Source: Eledone cirrhosa (taxonomy: Eukaryota). Taken from it: a DNA stretch of 64,000 bases. The translations under genes and the position numbers were made by a program. This document shows positions 57,000 to 64,000 of the stretch, one piece after another. How positions within the stretch are numbered: the stretch's first letter is position 1; each line of letters opens with the position of its first letter. The notes below the pieces were generated by a model, which did not search any database, was not told where the DNA came from, and saw only the letters and a list, made by a program, of their open reading frames with translations. Where the stretch lies: the NCBI GenBank assembly GCA_964016885.1, contig OZ024740.1, forward strand, positions 56,792,001-56,856,000. Direction: 5' to 3'.

Positions 57000-57086
57000 A
57001 GTATATTTGGCAATATGCCCTATGTTTAATTAAAAACATTTAGAAGACCATACGCTATCAGTTTTAAACTAGTGACTATGTCACTT

Positions 57087-58567
<1,481 letters not shown>

Positions 58568-58659
58568 AACTTCTAAATATTATATATTAATATATTTATA
58601 TATATATATGTGTGTACTTATTATATTAATATATTTATATATATATATATGTGTGTACT

Positions 58660-60484
58660 TAACGATGATGGCATACTTGCCGTCACCGACGCTGATAAGA
58701 AGGTAGCTTCGAAGTGTCACTATGAAAGGCTACTAAATGAGGAGAATAAATGGGAGAAAGACAGTCTCCCCCATATCGACCCAATAGAGGGACCAGCAGT
58801 GTTAGTCGAGGGGAGTATAATAAGTAAGGCAATCAAGGATATGAAGACGGGTAAGGCGGCTGGGCCTTCGGAAATAGTTGCTGAGATGCTGAAGGCATCT
58901 GGCACGGTGGGACACACCATGGTCACCCGCATAGTTAACCAAGTCGTACAGAATGGGGTTGTTCCGAAGGACTGGCATAGCAACATCATCGTTAACTGTT
59001 ATAAGGGTAAAGGAGACGCCCTAGATAGGAGTAACTATAGAGGCATTAAATTAATCGACCAGGTCATGAAGGTCACGGAAAAAGTAATAGCGCAACTAAT
59101 CAGAGAGAGAATTGACCTAGATGAAATGCAGTTCGGGTTTGTGTTAGGCAAAAGTACCACAGACGCTCTTTTCATAGTACGACAACTACAGGAGAAGTAC
59201 CTAGCTAAAGGTAAACCCCTCTACTTAGCTTTTGTCGACTTGGAGAAAGCCTTCGACAGAGTCCCCCGCTCCATTATCTGGTGGGCTCTTAGAAAACTAG
59301 GCGTTGACGAATGGCTTGTGAGGGCTATACAAGCCATGTATAAAGAAACAGTCAGCAAGGTTAGAATTAACAACGAATATAGTGAAGAGTTTAGCGTAAA
59401 AGTTGGCGTCCATCAGGGCTCTGTTCTCAGCCCCCTACTATTTATTATTGCCCTTCAGGCTATAACAGAGGAGTTCAAGACAGGCTGCCCATGGGAACTC
59501 CTATACGCAGACGACCTGACACTCATAGCGGAATCAATGGCCGAGCTAGAGAAGAAATTCCAAACATGGAAGCACGGCCTAGAGTCAAAAGGACTTAAAA
59601 TGAACCTGGCTAAGACCAAAGTTCTAGTTTGTAGGAAAGAAAACAAGGCGGCGGTCCCTTCTGGGAAATGGTCGTGCTCGGTGTGTAGGAAAGGCGTAGG
59701 TAGAAACTCCATGTTATGTCCTAAATGCAAAGTATGGGTGCATAAAAGATGTAGTGGGATCACAGGTAAGCTAACTAAGAACATAGATTTTACATGTGGC
59801 CGGTGTTCTGGTGCAATAAGTAGCAGCAAGTGCCCACAAAATACTAGCTCTTTCAATTGCGCAGAGGGTTCTATAGAAATAGTGGACAGCTTCCGTTACC
59901 TGGGCGATAAAATCAGCAGTGGGGGAGAGTGCTCTGAAAGTACAGTAGCTAGAGTCAGAACTGGTTGGAAAAAGTTCAGAGAGCTTATACCACTATTAGC
60001 TGCTAAAGGGTTCTCCCTAAATATGAAAGGCAGGTTGTACGATGCCTGCATACGAACAGCAATGTTGCATGGCAGTGAGACCTGGGCATTGTGTGCAGAG
60101 GATATACGTAGACTAGAGAGGAACGAAGCTTGCATGCTCCGCTGGATGTGTAACAGTAATATACGTGAACGGCAAAGCATAAACGAACTAAGGAAAAAAT
60201 TAGAGATAAGAGGGATCAGATGTTGTTTACTCGAGAGAAGGCTACGTTGGTATGGACACGTGATGCGCATGAAAGTCGATAGCTGTATAACAAAGTGCAG
60301 GGCAATAAAGATAGACGGTATCCACGGAATAGGCAGACCTAGAAAAACCTGGGACGAGCTGATAAACTCCGACCTCACACACTTACACCTCTCCAAGACA
60401 ATGCCACTGGACCGAGACCTTTGGCGGTACTCAGTAACAGAGAAGACCCGCCTTACCACCGAGACCTTTGGCGGTACTCAGTAA
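58660..60484 (+). CDS. LINE reverse transcriptase ORF (N-terminally truncated, no endonuclease)
   Basis: Uninterrupted ~600-aa frame with all RT motifs; the listed start lies in flanking AT repeat and is not a real initiator. Confidence 0.85.
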
Positions 60485-60888
60485 CAGAGAAGACCCGCCT
60501 TACCTAAATATATAGTAAAACCTACTCCAGCCAGTAGGCATCTCTAACAAAATACACCCCGTCCCACCACCACCACCCCCACCCTGTTCTATGTAAAGTT
60601 ATGTTGGTGCCGCGCCATCCAGGCCGAAACAAATGAGATCGTGTAGGTGTCACGACAAAAAAACACACAGTCCACGCTGTAATGTGGCCGTGTAGGCAAC
60701 ACGGTAAAAACCTCCCAGACCCACACTGTAAATGTGGTTGGTGTTAGGAAGGGCATCCAACTGTAGAAAACCTGCCAGACAGTCCTATGCGAGCAAGACA
60801 ATCACTCTTGCCTCAAGTGGGACTACCCCCGTCCAAACCCATGCAAGCGTGGAACACGGACGTTAAACGTTGATGATGATGATGATGA

Positions 60889-60892
<4 letters not shown>
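58660..60892 (+). mobile_element. 5'-truncated RTE-clade LINE with open RT frame, PHD-like finger insert, 3' UTR and (GAT)n tail
   Basis: NYRGIKL, QFGF, FVDLEKAFDRV, GVHQGSVLSPLLF, LLYADD, FRYLG, GSETW; tail GGACGTTAAACGTT(GAT)n. Confidence 0.95.
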
Positions 60893-60953
<61 letters not shown>

Positions 60954-62431
60954 CGGAGGTGCACAGAAGCACGCGTTCATAGACACTCCTACATGTATAA
61001 TTACATGTAGGAGTGCAAACACACAGAACCTACGTCAACAATCTCACGTGATAAAGAATGCGCATGAGTATAAGCAAACTGCACAAATATCTTCGCACAC
61101 ATGCAGGGAAGCACATGTATATGTAGGGGCTTGTAAACATAGGAATACATTAGACACTCGTGTGTGTGCATATACAATATGATGATTCGAGTGAAAAGGA
61201 ATCGCTGCACACCGTTCTCTTACTCAACATGCTGGTGTGCACATGGTAATATGCACACGTACACCCACCTCCTACTACCACCCACAGACAGGCGCACACA
61301 TACAAACAAACAAACAGACATGTATGCATTTGAACATAAATATATGCGTTCACTCAAAAAACGGATTTATATTCATGCATATGCAAAATCTTACAGAGGG
61401 GTCTTCCGTCTTGTGGGTGGGCGTGCGGGGGTGGGGGGGATATACACACGAATGTGCATGCATGCACACCAACTGCTATACAAGCATTTATGGAATTCAG
61501 CAGGATGGTTTCATCCGCTGCTTGAAGTGGTGGCCATATGAAAGAGTTCAGTGAAAGGGTTTTCAGCCAGGAATTACTCATGCAGGGGCGGGGAGGACTA
61601 ACCGTAACAAAAATATCCATATATTATGAATATATTAATAAGTAACATGTATTTTGTAGTGTTGTGAGACATAATAAGCACCATTTTAAGATAGAAAAAG
61701 AGAAACAGGTTCACTGGAGGAATTCAAATCACCTATCTATCGCTTTCTGAATAGCTGTTCCAACCAATCATCTTATTATATAGAACATATTTAATACAGC
61801 TGCAATTTATTTCATAGTAAGATAAAATATACATTTGTACGAATATCCGATTTTCGCGATCTCCCGAATGATAATATCTATATAGATATCCCCTATACCT
61901 GTCATATGTATAATAGAGATTGATACGAATCATCCATTAGACGAGGAAGCCCACACAGTAACAACATGAGTTAAGATATAGCTAAATTCCTTTTGTTCAG
62001 ATATACTTCGAAAACTACACTCAAAGTACAATATGGCGTTCTATGAAACTATATTTGACCTTTTAATTCGTTTCATGTTTTTATTCATATAACATTTCTA
62101 TATTTATCTGTTTATCTATTTGCACATCTTCCTTCTGTCGCTGTTATGCAATGAAGCTTACGATCTAATAATTATATCAAGATCTATTGGATGACAGAAT
62201 TGGTAGACTGGCGAGGAAAGCATGCATTTGGTATCTAATTACAATCGGGTGCCCCAATAAGTGACCTTGTGCTGTAGTTAGATATCCATATGTTTGTCAT
62301 TTGAACAGTTTAGCTAGTGGATCATTACAAAATAGTTCAGGCAAATAATATAGGTTTTTTAAAATTATTATTATAACATTTTAACATTTTTAATTAATAA
62401 ATAGAACTAAAATAATATCTCAGAATACAAC

Positions 62432-62645
62432 CTTACTTCTTTTTGGATCCCATCTTGGTCTTGCAAAGGAACCACATTTATGGCAGACTCTTTTTTCACA
62501 ATCGCAACAAACACGTCCAATTCCGTCAGGGAACTTCACACGGAAACACAGTTGGCACAGACGAAGATCTACATAACCAGTTGATTTCTGGGTAGCAAAC
62601 TCAGTTGATAAGGTATCGTATTTTTCAAGCGCTACTTTGATGTTC
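62432..62645 (-). CDS. Host gene exon: RIM/Fife/rabphilin-type FYVE-related zinc finger, first three CxxC pairs
   Basis: TCTTTGCAG|G-NIKVALEKY...CQLCFRVKFPDGIGRVCCDCEKRVCHKCGSFARPRWDPKRSK|GTTGTA; resembles RIM C..C.KTKFADG.G..C..C....C..CG. Confidence 0.88.
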
Positions 62646-62844
62646 CTGCAAAGATACATTGAGTTAGAATTTCACTTGCACTTATAAACTAAATGGGTGA
62701 AGAAAAAGTACTGTTTCACACGCAAAAATAATTATATTAGTCAAATCCTTTATAGAAGAGGAACATGTTCATTTAACATAACAAATAGTATTTTAATAAA
62801 ACTAATATAAAATATATTGTTACTTTCGTAAATGACAAATGAAC

Positions 62845-62985
62845 GCAATGGCTTAGTGGTTAAAGCATTGGGCTTGCAATCGCAGGGTTGTGAGTTCAAT
62901 TCTCGGACCGGGTGGTGTGTTGTTTCCTTGAGCACTACACTTTATTTCACGATGCTCCAGTTTACTCAGCTGTAGAAATGAGATG
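62845..62985 (+). mobile_element. Second tRNA-derived SINE family
   Basis: A box TGGCTTAGTGG, B box GAGTTCAATTCT, body GTTGT.TCCTTGAGCA..ACACTTTATTTCAC; related degraded copies at about 34270-34350 (-) and 51440-51560. Confidence 0.75.
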
Positions 62986-63508
62986 ATAGGACTGGGGTCC
63001 CTATCATTAAATTACCCAAGACACCTCCAACGAGATATACCTTGTACGAGGCCAACTAAACCTGCATAGGTGTGAGCTGTCACACACACAGTTGGTTATT
63101 GGTCAACCTTGTCTTTCATGTTTCCAAGGTCGAAAAAATAAAGTATCAATTAAGTATGAGGTGGATATAATCGACTTGCCCCCAAATTAGAAATTCTTAT
63201 TATTATAGCTGCCTGAAAAATACGCTCATTTTAGGAGGACATGAGTTTCTAAAAGTATATCAGATTAGCTTCTAAATTGGATTTTATTCTGAGTCGTGTT
63301 TGTGTAGATCCATAAAGTTGGGAATATTTTTAATTTTTTTGTACAGTTTTTGGAAACAAAAAACCACTATATTTTGATAATTTTGCCGCCAGACAATTTC
63401 TCAAAACATATTTGTAAATGTACCATCCACTAACATAATGGTAGAAGTATGTATCCATAAAGGCGAGAGTAACGGTTACGCTAAGAAAAACATTCTACAT
63501 ATAAATGT

Positions 63509-63584
<76 letters not shown>

Positions 63585-64000
63585 ATAGAGAAATTAATGT
63601 GAGCAACAATATATATATATTATAAAGAATTAATATCTAGTAACATATATATACATACAGATGCATATCAATGCTAGCAAATATATAGGTTTTGTCTTAG
63701 TAACTTTGTGGTTCAATGCATGGGGTTGCAGAACAATAATATGAGAGACGTAAAATAAGAAAATTATAAAATTAATTTACTTACTAAAATATCACTTCCA
63801 ACTAATTAGTTTCTGGAATAGAGTAAATATATTTTCCGAAGAAGACACAGAGAAACATTCCGTCGTCAGGGAAGACTATTCTCATCTAAGTATCCAGGCA
63901 AAGCGTGGACTCTGGAAACTTATTAAAAAATAATTCAGTGGATAGGAAATAGCAAAGCGTGGACTGAATTCCTAGCCATTGAGAAAATCACTGCCTCTGC

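Noticed and set aside
62845-62915. Functional tRNA gene
   Set aside because: A/B boxes run straight into a SINE body and there is no proper acceptor stem; the same applies to all SINE heads.

Overview
AT-rich, repeat-dense animal genomic DNA; the SINE/LINE content and long (TA)n tracts suggest a coleoid cephalopod, probably an octopus (inference). One host gene is recoverable on the minus strand. Three in-phase exons (62432-62645, 27949-28116, 19687-20512) encode a RIM/Fife/rabphilin-type Rab-effector zinc finger ending in a TGTWYH (SGAWFF-like) motif, then a Ser/Arg-rich region; a 34.3-kb intron splits the finger. The rest is mobile DNA: a CR1-like LINE with a CCCH-finger ORF1, RTE LINEs, Dong/R4 and Hero RLE-LINE fragments, a Naiad-like Penelope fragment, Helitrons, MITEs and >25 tRNA-derived SINEs, often in head-to-tail arrays. 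The main unannotated signal is about 18 type-I hammerhead ribozyme (HHR) motifs, intact or degenerate, mostly as outward-facing pairs in non-coding fold-back elements at (TA)n/(CA)n tracts. Five otherwise divergent elements share a covarying UU-bulged hairpin, and in four fold-backs the shorter arm stops within a few nt of it, suggesting a reverse-transcription start signal for non-autonomous Penelope-type elements. All structures were read by eye; nothing was computed or searched.
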